A DNA stretch of 63,632 bases, the filler included, from Octopus bimaculoides (taxonomy: Eukaryota), in the NCBI RefSeq assembly GCF_001194135.2. It is 5 parts of 5 records of this genome, joined end to end, with 100 filler letters (N's around TTAATTAATTAA, not from the genome) between each part and the next. Parts side by side here need not be neighbours in the genome. Positions count along the whole stretch, not along the records: positions 1 to 18,288 come from NC_068992.1; 4 more parts are not named here. The stretch is one strand, 5' to 3'. The notes under the pieces were generated by a model, which saw only the letters and a program-made list of their open reading frames with translations, did not search any database and was not told where the DNA came from. Positions 1-13,735 of the stretch are shown here, piece by piece (position 1 is the first letter of the stretch; each line of letters opens with the position of its first letter). A program made the position numbers and the translations under genes.

Positions 1-72
<72 letters not shown>

Positions 73-78
73 AGTGAG
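1..78. repeat. (TG)n microsatellite
   Basis: Direct read of the sequence. Confidence 0.98.
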
Positions 79-117
79 TGTTTGTCTATTTTGTTACGTG
101 TTTTAGTAATATGAATG

Positions 118-455
118 CGACTAGGCTGGGGCAGTGGCTTGAAATTTTTATTCCAATGAATCGGCCTCAATAAATTTCTTTTTCAAGACTGGTACAATAC
201 TATCGTTTCTTTTGCCGAATCGCTAACTTACATGGCCGTACACATACCAGCACCGGTTATCAAGAGATAGTGAGGACAAACACAAACTGAAATACATAAG
301 CACACACAGTTTTCGTTAACAAAATTCAGGCAAGTAAATTCGAGGGGCCGAGAGAATGATACTAGTTAGAAAACACTTGTGCAAAGTGTCACGCAGTGGA
401 ACTGAACTTTGGGAAAATGTGGTTAGGGAGCAAACTTCTTACGACACAGCCATAG
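118..455 (-). mobile_element. Degenerate SINE family B copy (tRNA head + CORE-like domain)
   Basis: Reverse complement follows the full copy at 42734-43145 (head, ttgggcaagtgtcttc-like block, ccgaatcgctaa block) with many substitutions. Confidence 0.7.
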
Positions 456-624
456 AAGGTGAGAGAGAGAAAGACAGAGACAGATAGTCATCGACACATA
501 ATTGTCGACTATCTATCTATTGTGCCACAATATTATTAGAAATTGGTTTTTTTTAAAATTTGATTAACATTTTAAATGTAACATATATAACAGCAATTTC
601 AGAATTCTGTTCATACTTACATGT

Positions 625-750
625 AGAAACGTATGTATATATGTGTATGGATGTATATATGTATGAATGTATGTATGTATGTACGTATGTATGTATGTAT
701 GTATGTATGTATGTATGTATGTATGTATGTATGTATGTATGTATGTATGC
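625..750. repeat. (TATG)n microsatellite
   Basis: Direct read; it explains the HTYI/MYVC ORFs at 553-921. Confidence 0.97.
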
Positions 751-1716
751 TTCCATGAATATATCAATACATACGTATATAGGAAATTTTATTTTGCAGA
801 TCTGGAAATGCACCTGAATCTCAAAACGTGTAGTGGTTTTCTAAATTTTGTAATTGATTTATTCAAATACAGAAATGGTTTCCACAGTTTTGTGTTCCGC
901 AATGGTAAAAATAATAAATAAAGGGTTTAGGAGAGTTTAATGTTAAAAAAGGTATAATTCAGACAAGCACCTGTAAAGAATGGAATGTTCAAATGTTCAC
1001 AGAAAAAATTTCACTGAGTTTCACAGAGATAGACAGTAATATAAGCTTAAACGTTCGATGAAGGTCACAGCAAATGATTGAAAGTTCAGCCATTCTGCGT
1101 ATTTGCTATCAAAAAGAAAATTGGAGACAGGGAAAAGGGCTCCGCATTTTGAGATTTGCGTGCATTTTCAGACCTCTTATATTTTTTCCTGCGTGAAAAT
1201 ACACTTCTCTTCATATGTGTTTGTGTGTGTTTGTGTGTATGTGCGCGCGCATGTGTGTATACGTATGTATACACAGTCGCGCACATACATTATATGCTGA
1301 TTACAGAACTTTGCTGTCGTTACAGACCTTTGCAAAACGCTAGAGAACAACGTAGAAATATTACTGTTGGATAGCCACATTAAATATAATTTCTTGCGTG
1401 GCCATACTGGAGTTTTGCCTTAGGCAAGTTTTTGTGTTGTATTTTTGATATAATACAGCTATAAGAACATTAGCTAAAATCAAATCTGACAACACTATTT
1501 AACGGTTTTGTAAAAAAAAATTCTCTATATTTAATGCATGTTAGCAGGAGAAATGGAAAAAAAAGCAACATATTAGTTTTCCATTATATTGAGCTCTATT
1601 GATTATAATTAAATTAATAGTAATCAATGAGGATTTATAAAATATGTATCTACAAAAATTTAAAAATTCAAGAAATTAAGTTACATATATTCAGTGACGA
1701 AATAAATTAACTGCAG

Positions 1717-1847
1717 GTGGCATTTACTTGACTGGATGTTTAATCATAGCTTTCTCAGGATCGATTTCAATGTTCAGATGCTAATAGATATGTTTTATGC
1801 TGTATTGAACACATTATGTAGACAAAACATACTTACATATAGAACGG
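1717..1847 (+). CDS. Possible isolated coding exon (WHLLDWMFNHSFLRIDFNVQMLIDMFYAVLNTLCRQNILTYRT), product unknown
   Basis: ttaactgcag|G acceptor, ACGG|gtatga donor, 43 open codons between them. No family recognised; could be chance. Confidence 0.25.
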
Positions 1848-2599
1848 GTATGACCGAATAATTAAAATGCCCGTGTGACTATTATGAATTTTTTAACGAA
1901 ATGAATCGCCGCCAGTAATAGCTTAAATAAACGTATAAGCGTCTTCTTCGATAACCACGTCACCACTTAAGCTTTGTAACAGAAATTGCGTTCTAACGAA
2001 CCGCATGAAGATTCCAACGGAGAGACTGTGTCTTTATTTCCAAGTCCCATTCCTGTGACGTGTAGGGTTTCATCGATTCTAACAGACAATCGCATAACGA
2101 AAGCAAAATAGAAAACTAGATAGATAAAGAGAGAAAGGAACACAGATATGCAGGAAGAGAAATAGACGGAAAGATAAATGGAATGCTAGATAGATAGGTG
2201 TACAGGTACCTAAGGGATTATTTATAACTATAATGCAATGAAAGAGAAAATTTTGCATTTGCCTCTAACTTCAAGATACCATACATGCCATAAGAAATTG
2301 CGGTGTTACACGTGCAGTATCACACAGACATTAAAGAATTGTGATAAATATAGCAGTACAATAGAATAAGCTTCTACTTTGGTATAAGCACACACACACG
2401 CACATACACACATTCATACACGAAAGGGTGTTGAAAATTTATTCGCTTCAATGTTGTCGTGAAATGCTTGATTGGAGGCCCAACCTTCCGAGTTCCCCTA
2501 CAGGGATAAGAAAAACTGAAGTACCGTTGAAATAAGTGTCTGAATCTGAGAGGGAAATAAGTTGAATAAAATCTTAATTGATTTTCCTGTATTTTGTGA

Positions 2600-3600
2600 A
2601 AAATTACTTCAAATATTTTAGTTTCCTTTCTTCTTAAACAAATGTAGGATCACAAATTCAATCATTTACTCTAGTAAGTGCGTGTATGTCAGACAAGATT
2701 TGATCTGGGGACATTTAAAATATTTTGAAAAGATGGATTGTGAGTTACTTTAAAAGTTATAATATACTGATCCCATTTTTGTTTTCTTCCTTAAGTTTCT
2801 CTAAGCTTTTTAATCGGCATTTTACACGTTGTATGCTTTTTGTAAGTTGGGATGGATATTTTTGGTTGCATATCAATTCATTGATTTCTGTGACGCAATT
2901 ATCTCAGGTCTGTTAATCATCAATTTTTTTACAAACTTTTCTGGCTAGACAGTATGGTATAGTACATTTTTATATACTGGATGGCATAACGGGAACTTCA
3001 GGCATCTGTATCTCTATTTTAACATATTTATCCGTTGTGATGTTGGTGTTATATTTACTTGCCGTTATATTGGGAAATATTAATTTTTGCATTGGCCGCA
3101 TACATTCTGGCATTCAAAGTCTCAATACGACTGCTCAGAAATTTATTTGACTGGGAATATATAACAGAGCGAAACTGTGGAGAACGTCGTGAGTAGTGAG
3201 CCAGTGGTGGCATCACCAATGTTACTCACTCTGGGGCAAGTTAAATTGTCCTATAAATGGAGAAAATTCTCAATCTAGACCTCGATATATATGTTATGAT
3301 TGCGGGGTGAAGAGGACAAAACTATATACGCTGACAATAGAAAGTACTAATAGCAGAACAAGCAATGGAAACGTGGGGAAAAAAGTCATAAGTGGAGTTT
3401 AGATTCAATATCAAAGGATTAAAATGCTTGATGGTACAGAGAACATTGGAATTGCTTAAATCTCTCACTTTTGGAAACAGAGAGTGATAGAAAATAATGC
3501 TCTCTTTAGGTTTGCGTGGATTGCTATGTATATTTCCGCGAGTATTAGTATATACTGTAGGTAGTAAAATATGCGCTGGCATGGTTTATATGATATGCAT
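2600..3600 (-). mobile_element. Degenerate Penelope-like element, reverse transcriptase region
   Basis: Broken minus-strand frames give LAPE*VTLVM, NTNITTDKYVK, PSSI*KCTIPYCLARKVC and QKYPSQLTKSIQRVK, in the same order as the recalled Penelope RT motifs VAPTYATLVM, ITTDIYYK, HP..KKSIPYSLARRIC and GYP..LI...I.RA. Confidence 0.6.
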
Positions 3601-5074
3601 GAAATTATAATAAATTAAAATCACATGCAGGACAGTGACCGAAGAATCATTAACTTATTGATTAATTCTATTAAAAATGAAAGCCGAAAGCTAGTGTTCA
3701 GTTTTCCGAAGATTAAATAACCCTAGGAGAGAGCTGCGTGGTGTGTGAGTGCGAGAGAATGGATAGTGGCCATATATTTGAAGATAGATAGACAAACAGA
3801 TATAGAAAGAAACTGATTGATTAAAATTGTTAGAGATATGTGTATGTGTATATATACGTATACATATATGTACATGCATAGACATCTTGTCCCACTTTCT
3901 AACGATCCTCTGGGTATTCTTGCTTTAGAAATAAATACTACATACTGATGATTAGAGGGGAAGCACCGTTTTTCTGATAATGATTCGTATTATATTTTAA
4001 CACAAGTGAGTTCATTCTTACTGACAACTGAAATCCAATTAGCATATCTTCCTATGTTATTATGTAAAATGAACTCTTCCCAAATACACACAAAGCTAAA
4101 TGATTGATGAATTGTTATTAAAACAATTAATTCAATTCTGCAGCTAACATTTCAGTGAAATCATATAGACATTGATATGTGATTCAAGGCACAAAGGACC
4201 ACAAATCCATGGGCAATAAATGTTGAACAGATCACTGGGATGTTTGACGGCTGTTGGTGACCTCTTCTTGTAGATGTATCATTACAAATGCATAATACTG
4301 ATCGTGGTCAAAATCCAGTTTTAAATAGTAGGAACATAAATTGAACTGTAAGCGGGAACAGCATTTAAACTAAAATCCTATACAAAATAGATATCCTTCA
4401 ATATGTTGAACAAGAGATAGTAATATTTTGAAACTATCGACATGACGAAAAGATATTTCATGTACGTAAAACTGAAGCAATTCAGCTGTACATTGTTGTA
4501 ACCAATGTTCACAACATTAAAGAGATCGAGCAAGTGGATTACTATAGGAAGGCTGCAGTGTGGAGGGAAAATTAACAACAGTTTCTCGTTGCCTGTTTGC
4601 GGTCCGGTATTGTCATTGTGAATGTGGATGGCTTCTCTAAATTTTGTGAGTGCTTACTTATAGTAGTTGAGATACATTTCAGAGAATAAAGGAGAATGCT
4701 AAACTCATCTTCCCTAAAAACAGCGACCGTTCTTGCTATGACTAACGCTTGATCTTGAATTAATTATGCCTTAAATAGGATGTAAACATCATAGCATGGG
4801 CTCAGACGTCCTTTCCGGATTTCACTCACCAATGAGAAAAAAATATATTTCCATTAACTTCAGCGTTTCCATCAGATCGGAACCAACTTACAAGCTTATC
4901 TCCTTCAAATTTATTATCGACTCCTGATTCGTCGACTTTGTACATACTCTCCGTTATACAAAGTCTTCCAACACTTTCTATAAGACATTGTGACTATAGT
5001 GACTACAGTCCATTTGTGTGAATAAAAAAAACTCATGAGATTTGACTCTGCGTAATCAATTCAATTATGCGCAG

Positions 5075-5243
5075 GTGATTCGTGGCAGTTCACAGTAGAA
5101 CGTGTCCCACTGCAGAATAAACCAGTTCGGCGCTGCTCTTTGTACGCTGATAATCTTGCATGGCTGGCTGAGCATTCTGCCTGACTTGGTGACAGTAATT
5201 TTCGCCACGACGAACCGTGCGCATACAGATAGTAAGACTGACT
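5075..5243. other. GC-rich island with splice-like signals on both strands (probable exon, strand and frame unresolved)
   Basis: Clearly more GC-rich than its flanks. Plus strand: gcgcag|G at 5074 and ATA|gtaaga at 5231. Minus strand: strong acceptor tctctccaaaaatctttctcag| near 5243. Confidence 0.35.
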
Positions 5244-5411
5244 GAGAAAGATTTTTGGAGAGAATTAAGAGAGACATTTCATTTTATTAATACGATACGT
5301 CCCTTCTCCTAATGCTCAGAAAAACATACGTTTACACAAAAAACACACGGCAACAGGGACAAGAAGAGAAATATTAAATCATTGGATGTCAAATAAATCA
5401 AAATTGAATCA

Positions 5412-5526
5412 GCGACGCCGAAACACTTTTTCCAGAATGTCTGGCTTGACTCCTATACTCGTTTCAGCATTTCTAAACTTCTCATCCATTAGCGCGCATT
5501 TTGTTCTCAACGACAACAACTCTGTA
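5412..5526 (-). CDS. Possible terminal coding exon (..LLSLRTKCALMDEKFRNAETSIGVKPDILEKVFRRR*)
   Basis: ctctgttttgtttacag| acceptor followed by about 37 protein-like codons and TGA. No family recognised. Confidence 0.25.
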
Positions 5527-5752
5527 AACAAAACAGAGTCCTCTAAGGATTTCGTATGTTCTGCATCGTTTTTCCGTTAAATTTTCAGAGAGTTTTTACA
5601 TGCAGTGACGACGAATGGCATGAGTAGTTACGAGAGACAAATTGTTGCTCTACCATCTTGTGCAATCTAAATGACAAATTAAATTGTCATACCTACCCTT
5701 TGCCTTACTTTCGCTAGCTTTGTCACATGGTCTTAAATAATACGTGTGTGTG

Positions 5753-5799
<47 letters not shown>

Positions 5800-8700
5800 G
5801 TATGTATGTATTTATGTATATGTTTTCTTACATAGGTGTATATATATACATATCCAAATTCATGTCAAAATGTTTTATTTTCCGTCGTCTTTAAATAGAA
5901 TTAACATGGACAAAAGAACAGGCTGCTTATTTTAGAATGATTTCTGGACGTACAGATTTCTATCAAAGGCAGGTGACCACATATATTAAGCGGGGCTTAT
6001 ATATTATATAATGGCTCGCTAATTCATTGCAACTTACATTATCGAAGCCAGACTAGTGAAAGTCAATGCTGGCCACGGCGGGATTTGAGATTATATTGGG
6101 CGAAGTACAGACACAACACGCTTATATATCACACACCTAAATTGAATATCATTAATACATTGTTTTCATTGTGTTTGAATTTCGCAGAGGAAATCTAAGT
6201 GTGTCCCACAACATTAATTCCTACCTTTATTGTTATTCTGTTTAGATAGCATGAGATGCTCTCTTTCATAATGTTGGAGCTCCTATCAAGGAACATTTAC
6301 TCTGAGACTTATTACCTGCGATACCTTTCAAAATAATACATACTAGTTCAAAGTAAGCATCATATTAGCATCTGTTTATTTTTATTGTCCTTTTTTTTCG
6401 TTTCGTTTACATTTTCTTTATTGTTCTCAGCTGTCCATGTTTTTTGATTAATCTAGCAAAAGATTTTCATAGGTAATATAGTTTAATAGTAGTTCTTATA
6501 ATGTCAATATATTTGTTTATAGCAAGTTCACAGAGTTAGTGGCAAGAACTTTTATTACTTCACTCGTTTAATAGTGTTTAGTTTCCTTGGTAACGACAAA
6601 TGTTTATCGATTGAAAGAAATAAATTGAAAACTGTTTGTGTCATAAGAAATGCTTCGTACAGTTGGAAAAATTCTGTAAAAAATAAGAGAACAAAACAAT
6701 GTTTCATAAAATAAGCNNNNNNNNNNNNNNNNNNNNNNNNNNNNNNNNNNNNNNNNNNNNNNNNNNNNNNNNNNNNNNNNNNNNNNNNNNNNNNNNNNNN
6801 NNNNNNNNNNNNNNNNNNNNNNNNNNNNNNNNNNNNNNNNNNNNNNNNNNNNNNNNNNNNNNNNNNNNNNNNNNNNNNNNNNNNNNNNNNNNNNNNNNNN
6901 NNNNNNNNNNNNNNNNNNNNNNNNNNNNNNNNNNNNNNNNNNNNNNNNNNNNNNNNNNNNNNNNNNNNNNNNNNNNNNNNNNNNNNNNNNNNNNNNNNNN
7001 NNNNNNNNNNNNNNNNNNNNNNNNNNNNNNNNNNNNNNNNNNNNNNNNNNNNNNNNNNNNNNNNNNNNNNNNNNNNNNNNNNNNNNNNNNNNNNNNNNNN
7101 NNNNNNNNNNNNNNNNNNNNNNNNNNNNNNNNNNNNNNNNNNNNNNNNNNNNNNNNNNNNNNNNNNNNNNNNNNNNNNNNNNNNNNNNNNNNNNNNNNNN
7201 NNNNNNNNNNNNNNNNNNNNNNNNNNNNNNNNNNNNNNNNNNNNNNNNNNNNNNNNNNNNNNNNNNNNNNNNNNNNNNNNNNNNNNNNNNNNNNNNNNNN
7301 NNNNNNNNNNNNNNNNNNNNNNNNNNNNNNNNNNNNNNNNNNNNNNNNNNNNNNNNNNNNNNNNNNNNNNNNNNNNNNNNNNNNNNNNNNNNNNNNNNNN
7401 NNNNNNNNNNNNNNNNNNNNNNNNNNNNNNNNNNNNNNNNNNNNNNNNNNNNNNNNNNNNNNNNNNATATATATATATATATACATATATATACGTGTGT
7501 GTTTTCTTATATTTTTCTACGGTTTGTGAGATCCTAGTGAATATTTTCGGTAATCTCATGTTAAACTACGAATATATTCAACATACTTTGTAAGGACATG
7601 TCACATATATACTGTTTTTGTTTGTTTTTTTTATTATCAAAGCTCCCCTTTCGACTCCTGAGACGACACTAGTGCCAACCAGATGAATAATAGAATGATT
7701 TTTGGAATGGGATTCATTGAATCATATATTTGTCACTTCCATCCCGTGACTGTTGTCCTGCAATATTAAAGTTTTGATTTTATCATTGAGCGTTTATATG
7801 TCTTTATGTGTTTTTGCGTCTCAGTGGAACCTTATCAAACTTAGATAACACTATGTGACACAATTTTTATCCTTGGTTAGCAACTCTTATTTTTCTCTAT
7901 TTGCTTATCAATAGAAAATATGAAATATGGCTAATAATTTCCATCAAATTTGTTTTTCTTACATTTATTCAAACACGAAAGAATAACCTTCAACACATGG
8001 CTATGATGTTCCCCTATAACCCCTGCCCATGATCAGAGATGAACATACTGTCAGCCCTTAACGGCCATGCTGAAGTGGTTAAGGTCAAGTAACTTACAAG
8101 CAAATCTGTGGTATTGAGCAGAATATTTGGTATAGGATATTCTTTCTTCAGGAACTCAGTATTCAAACTGTCTGAAATTTAATTGAAAATAGGTTAGTTT
8201 CAAAACATTGATGTGCAGGTCACAAAAGCAAATTTTGAAGGGAATGGTAGTCATTTCCTTTGATTTCCAGATAGAAGCAAATAGGAAATAACAATTGCTG
8301 ACAAAAGATCAAAGAAAATTAAAGGGAAATGCTGTTACACACTGTAATCTCTAAAGATTGTTGCTTTCTTCTTTTTCTTCAATGGCTGCTAAAATTTAGA
8401 GAAACCCAAGACAATTGCAAGTGCAGAATCAAATGTACTGTTTCCTGTTCATTATTCCTTGTTTCTGATATCCACAACGATTATATTTATGTTTCGTTAA
8501 TTGTAAGTTGTAAGAAAAAGGCCAATAAACTTAATCGATGGTCGGACTGTGACACAGACCGGACAGATTGTGATTTCTAAACGCAATTAAAGTTAGTATT
8601 CTTTTTTTTTTTTTTTTGAGATGGGGGCACATTTTGAAATTGTCCATGACTGATATGAAAAGGAATGAAACGAACAGAGACAGGATCGGGTAATGTAAGT

Positions 8701-8894
8701 TCTAAGAACAACTATTCACCACGAGAAGTGACTGGTGGGAGGATTTGTGGCAGTTATAGATAATAACGTAAACGAGTGGAAGTCTGTTGTATGAATCAGA
8801 TTAAAGAGAAAAGACGTATACTGCAAAGTGATTGTCCACTATATTCAGCCATTGACCTTTTGAATTCAATTAAAAACATAACAGAGTAACATAC

Positions 8895-8952
<58 letters not shown>

Positions 8953-9854
8953 GGTGTGTGTGTGTGTGCGTGTGTGTGTGTGTGTGTGTATGTAGGTATG
9001 TATGTATGTATGTATGTATGTAAAATGATGATGCCGCTTGATCAATCCAGTGTAATCAAGAACACTGATTATTTGCCAATTAACATTTTTACTTCCACTT
9101 GTTGATAATATATTTCTCTTCCACCTTCAGCAATTCCTACCGGCTTATGATGACACGAAGAATTTTTACTACCCAGTATGCATACAGGCGCATGGTATCC
9201 CACATGGCATTTGAATGGACGCAGCGTACGTTCTGCATTGAATTAGATTTTAAGATTTTAGTTTAAATCTAGTTTTAGATAAACATCTCTAGTTATATAT
9301 ATTAATGAAGAACAATCGTTTGTAAATATTGTACATATTTCGCCAGTTTCATCTTGATAAATGATTAAGGTACTCATGTGCTATGTTTCCATCTATATAT
9401 AATTCTTATATATTGCTGTCTCATTGTTCATTCCTATATACACGTTGGTAGTGAGCAGGTGATTCTGTCACAGTCAAGTTTTACCTGATTATTTATATTG
9501 TCATTAGTAGAGTGGTAACAAATAATGTTCTGCCAATTAGTAAGCAAGTGTTCTATAGAAGCGAAATTTGTGGCAATGTAGAGAACATCAATAAACATAA
9601 TAACAATGGAAATATAAAGAGGGAGATACGTCATTTGTGTTCTTCTGACGTCTTTCGCTGAATACGTGATAGACATGCAATGAATCTCCTTAATTGTAGG
9701 AAATGCGTTTTATTGTTATTGTTCCATCATTTCAGAACCACTGCTTCTGTGGACATTACCATTCGCAGTTCTACAGAGAACGTTGATGTATTACGTACAT
9801 ATTCTCTCTTACACTGGAGGCAACAAATAAGAAAATTCGTATAAAAATTTTTAC

Positions 9855-10130
9855 CTCTCCACACATCCTTGAAATCCGAGTAGTTTAAATTCAGCCGCAT
9901 ACATCGATAACATTGCGTTTTCCATCGACTCCAGAAGCATGAAATCGCACATTTTCTCGCAATTGGCCAGAAAAAAATACCATGTGGCATCTTGTTTGAA
10001 ATCGAAAAACAAAAGTAACAATGTGCACAGGCAGCTGTTTCATCTGATATTATATTGGATATTAAACGATTCTGAAGCTTACAGGCGGCGGCTATTTTAA
10101 TATACTTTCCGTCAACAGTCCGGAAAGTAA
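9855..10130 (-). CDS. Candidate exon(s) inside the 148-aa ORF 9727-10173
   Basis: Strong acceptor ttatttgtcttctcttcag| at 10131, donor GAG|gtaaaa at 9854, and an internal donor CCT|gtaagc. Long non-repeat ORF, no recognisable domain. Confidence 0.3.
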
Positions 10131-10935
10131 CTGAAGAGAAGACAAATAAATAACATTCGATTAAAGAACACATGAAGCTTTAGTATCACTCAAATTTCTA
10201 AAGCATGGAAGTAAATTTCTCATAAATTATGTTTAATCATCTTTTAAAAATGAGCTAACATTCGATTTTGCAGTTCTACATAAACTATGCATTAAAAAAA
10301 TGATAAGGCTGACGTGTGTCAAAAGAAGTATGTAATTGGACGATGCTCATCATATTATAAGTCTTCACATATCTTAAACTATGTTTGTTTTCTCTTTCAA
10401 CGATAAAAGAAAAATACCAGAGAATTCTAAGAGTGAAGTAAACAACTTAAATAACATCGAGGCAAAAATATATATTTATACCATTTCCAAAATTAGTGCA
10501 TTTAAATTTCTTCGAAACTGCATTAAACGAAAGTGTATATTGAGAGATGCATCGACCCGATGCTAAACAATAATAAACCAAGATTCTCTATGGACTAACA
10601 ACATTTAGAAGATATAGCAGCTTATGGATCCTGAAATTACATCCTGCGCCTAACATTTTAATAAAAGCAAAGCCATCGATTAATGAGGCTCGTGAAATCG
10701 TTTCCTGAAAACAACGCTGAGGCACTAACAATATCAGGAAAATTAGCAAGTATGCCACTTAATGCAGTCTCAAGTTGATTTTGTGCCGCAAGTGCAGCAT
10801 CATTATGCGCATGGATTGAATGGCAATCTATGGAGTTCCGCGCTTTTAGTATTTCTGCTAGCATTTTTTTCTTTCAGACATACATTTTAACATGTTCTCT
10901 TATAACTACAACAGGTTTTTAATTTATATATCTTC

Positions 10936-10967
<32 letters not shown>

Positions 10968-11904
10968 AGCAGTGAGTTTTGACTCTGGTTTATTAGTTGT
11001 TTTTTCACCGATGTGTATAGCATTCACTGACATGCTCATACGTATGTGTATATTCAGTATAGAAGAGCTATGACATTTCAACGAAATGGCATAATTTAGA
11101 TAATTATATCAAAGAATTTTTTAGTAAATATTGTATGCCATGAAATGTTTTTGTTTTTTGTTTTTTCAGAAATTTGACCTTAAATGCCAAGTAAAACACA
11201 AACGACAATACTTTTTTCCTATAATCGAATAGTACTGAAAGTTATCTATTGCAAAACATAGAACTACTGGTACATTTGTTCAGAAGACATATATTGCCCC
11301 ACCTAGTAACATGAGTATTATGACTACTCAGTAAATAACATTACCGAAAAGCAGTATGTTTCGTCATTGGGAATATTGTTAAATGCCTGAAATACGCAAC
11401 TGCAACACAAAACAATGGTTGCAATAGCATAACTCTCTGAATGCTGAATGCTCACATTTCATAAACACGTATTAAGGACTTGTGTGCAGAGTGAGCAAAA
11501 TATTCAAGAGCTCAAAATGCAGTTCACAAAACCATTTGTAGAGAATTTCATTCTGTAGTGCGAGGTGAAAGTAAATATGGGATTGCTTACATTCCACAAA
11601 GAGCTCACGTTCCGCAAACAACTCTTGGCAGACGTTTTAAAATGCAATAGGTGTGGTAATCAAAGTGACAGAGGGACAAAACTAGCGCGGTTATTAGCGC
11701 TGGAGAAAAATAAGTCAGTACCATGTTTAAACTAAAGTTTATATTATAAACATGTTGCAAAAATGTGCCTGGAAAAATTACCAAATTAAATTATGTGCAT
11801 AAATACATGCACACACATGTATACATACACAAGTGTGTATATATTTATATATAAGGGGAGAGAGAGAGAAAGAGAGAGATACGGAAATATATAATGCATA
11901 TATA

Positions 11905-11951
11905 TATATAGATAGATAGATAGATAGATAGATAAATAAATAGATAGATAA

Positions 11952-12008
<57 letters not shown>

Positions 12009-12027
12009 CAGATAGATAGATAGATAC
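11905..12027. repeat. (GATA)n microsatellite
   Basis: Direct read; it explains the YLSI ORFs. Confidence 0.97.
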
Positions 12028-13689
12028 CGAAATACATACACATGTACATAAATACGAGATGGTCGTAATAAAAACTATGAAATACGCAATCAACCATAAA
12101 ATAAGTTGAAATATATTGATTTATATACAAATTAGTTCAACGCGTTTGTAAATATATTACGATAATTTTTATCTGTTTGAAGATTTAAGAAAAATCCGTA
12201 CTTACGAACTGAAAGTATAAAATTGATTTGTGAAAAATAAACACAGTCTGAGGGAGGAGTCGATCGTATTTGTAACCTTTTGAGTTCATACAAGCAAACA
12301 AGTCTCGAATGAGTAATTATGATGTCGGGGCACCAAGCATCATAATATGAGGATTATGAGAACTCATTACTGAATATAGAGTAAAAAAAACAAACAATAT
12401 TTATTGAAAATGATCCCCGAAAGATACTGAGCATCGCCCCTTCCAATTTATGTCTCATTTGTCATATCATTTTTCCATTCCTGCCAAATTATTTTATCAG
12501 CACGTGTAGGAATTGTTCCTATTAGTTCCAAATTATGGAAATGATTGACAAAGAATTACAGATACACAAGCGTGCATACAAATGTGTATAATCATATATA
12601 ATATGTGTGTGCGCGTGTGCGTGTGCATTAGCATATCTATATATGTATGTGTGTGTCTGTAATGTGAGAAATTTTCGTTATCCTATATTATATGAAATAT
12701 TTCTTTCTCAAATATTATTCGAAAATGTTGTTGCCTGTTAACGAAAGATATTTAGTCAGAGTATTTTCAGTAATATGTGTATAATTGTTTCTGCCTGTAT
12801 GTATAAATATATCTATATCTATATTATATATAAATGAAAGTTTGTATGTGCGTAAATGCGTGTACGGAGAGAGATTGATATACATATACATACATAATAT
12901 GCGTACATAATATCCATATACGCAGGCATATATACATCAACATACACATACTTGCATACATCCATATATGACCTTATCAATGAATTCCAATGCAAATGTG
13001 CATGCTGTGTACGCGCGAGCATTTCTCTATGTGTTTTGTGTACAACATAATACTTTGCTGTGCTTAATACTTTTCATTATACAGTATACTTTCAACTCTG
13101 GATACCAATGGAATTTAATATTCATGTCTATTCGCTTAGTATTGTATATCACTTTACACGGGAAAAGTTTTGTTTGCTCTTACAGTGATGAGTTTTCCAG
13201 TATTCTTCGTTTATATATATCCAGTATCACTTGAAATTAGAGTTAACTTTGTTTGAAACTTACAAAATATTTATTCGCTTCTGGATAAATACAAGCAAAG
13301 CCTATAATTGCTTAGGTTATATGAAAAGTTCACTGTCTGCTCAGTTTTACCATGTTCTGGAACGTTACCGACCGTCGTGTACAACCCAAAACCTGAACAC
13401 ACTTAGCGATATAATGAGTGGAATATCAACTTTAAACATAAACAACAACGACAACAACATTTCTATTGAAGGTAAATTCATTCCCATAGTTTGAAGAAAT
13501 TTGCTTACGGTTTGCGGGATATTAGATCCGCCTGCTTTTTCTACAAAATTTGTGGATAATTTGCAGTGTTATTTTCATCACTAATTACCGTTCAGCGATT
13601 CATTCCTTAACGGGTGAAACGTGTACGACCGATTTTGAAGTTCTAAATCAGTCGTCAGCACTTGTTAGCATCAACACATTTATCGATAC

Positions 13690-13735
13690 CCTGATCACGC
13701 TTTGATTGAATTTCACACCTAATATGTCATCAGCC
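13690..13735 (-). CDS. Candidate exon 2 of the minus-strand secreted-protein gene (M|ADDIL...)
   Basis: Strong aataataattttttttcag| acceptor. The phase matches exon 1 (AT|G) and completes a V-x-A signal cleavage site. Donor is either TTAG|gtgtga (exon end 13719) or AGG|gtatcg (exon end 13690). Confidence 0.35.

Noticed and set aside
2720-3180. Hydrophobic plus-strand peptides suggesting a multi-pass membrane protein or a NUMT
   Set aside because: They are the antisense of a Penelope RT remnant; no mitochondrial gene is recognisable.
4150-4580. Plus-strand frame with several TGA codons, suggesting an alternative genetic code
   Set aside because: TAA stops are also present, the stop density is near what AT-rich DNA gives, and no protein family is recognisable.
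6555-7559. Long ORFs of 150-540 aa (also at 16-17.7, 27, 44-47 and 53.8-55.5 kb)
   Set aside because: They are open only because they run through N gaps and (TA)n or (TG)n repeats.
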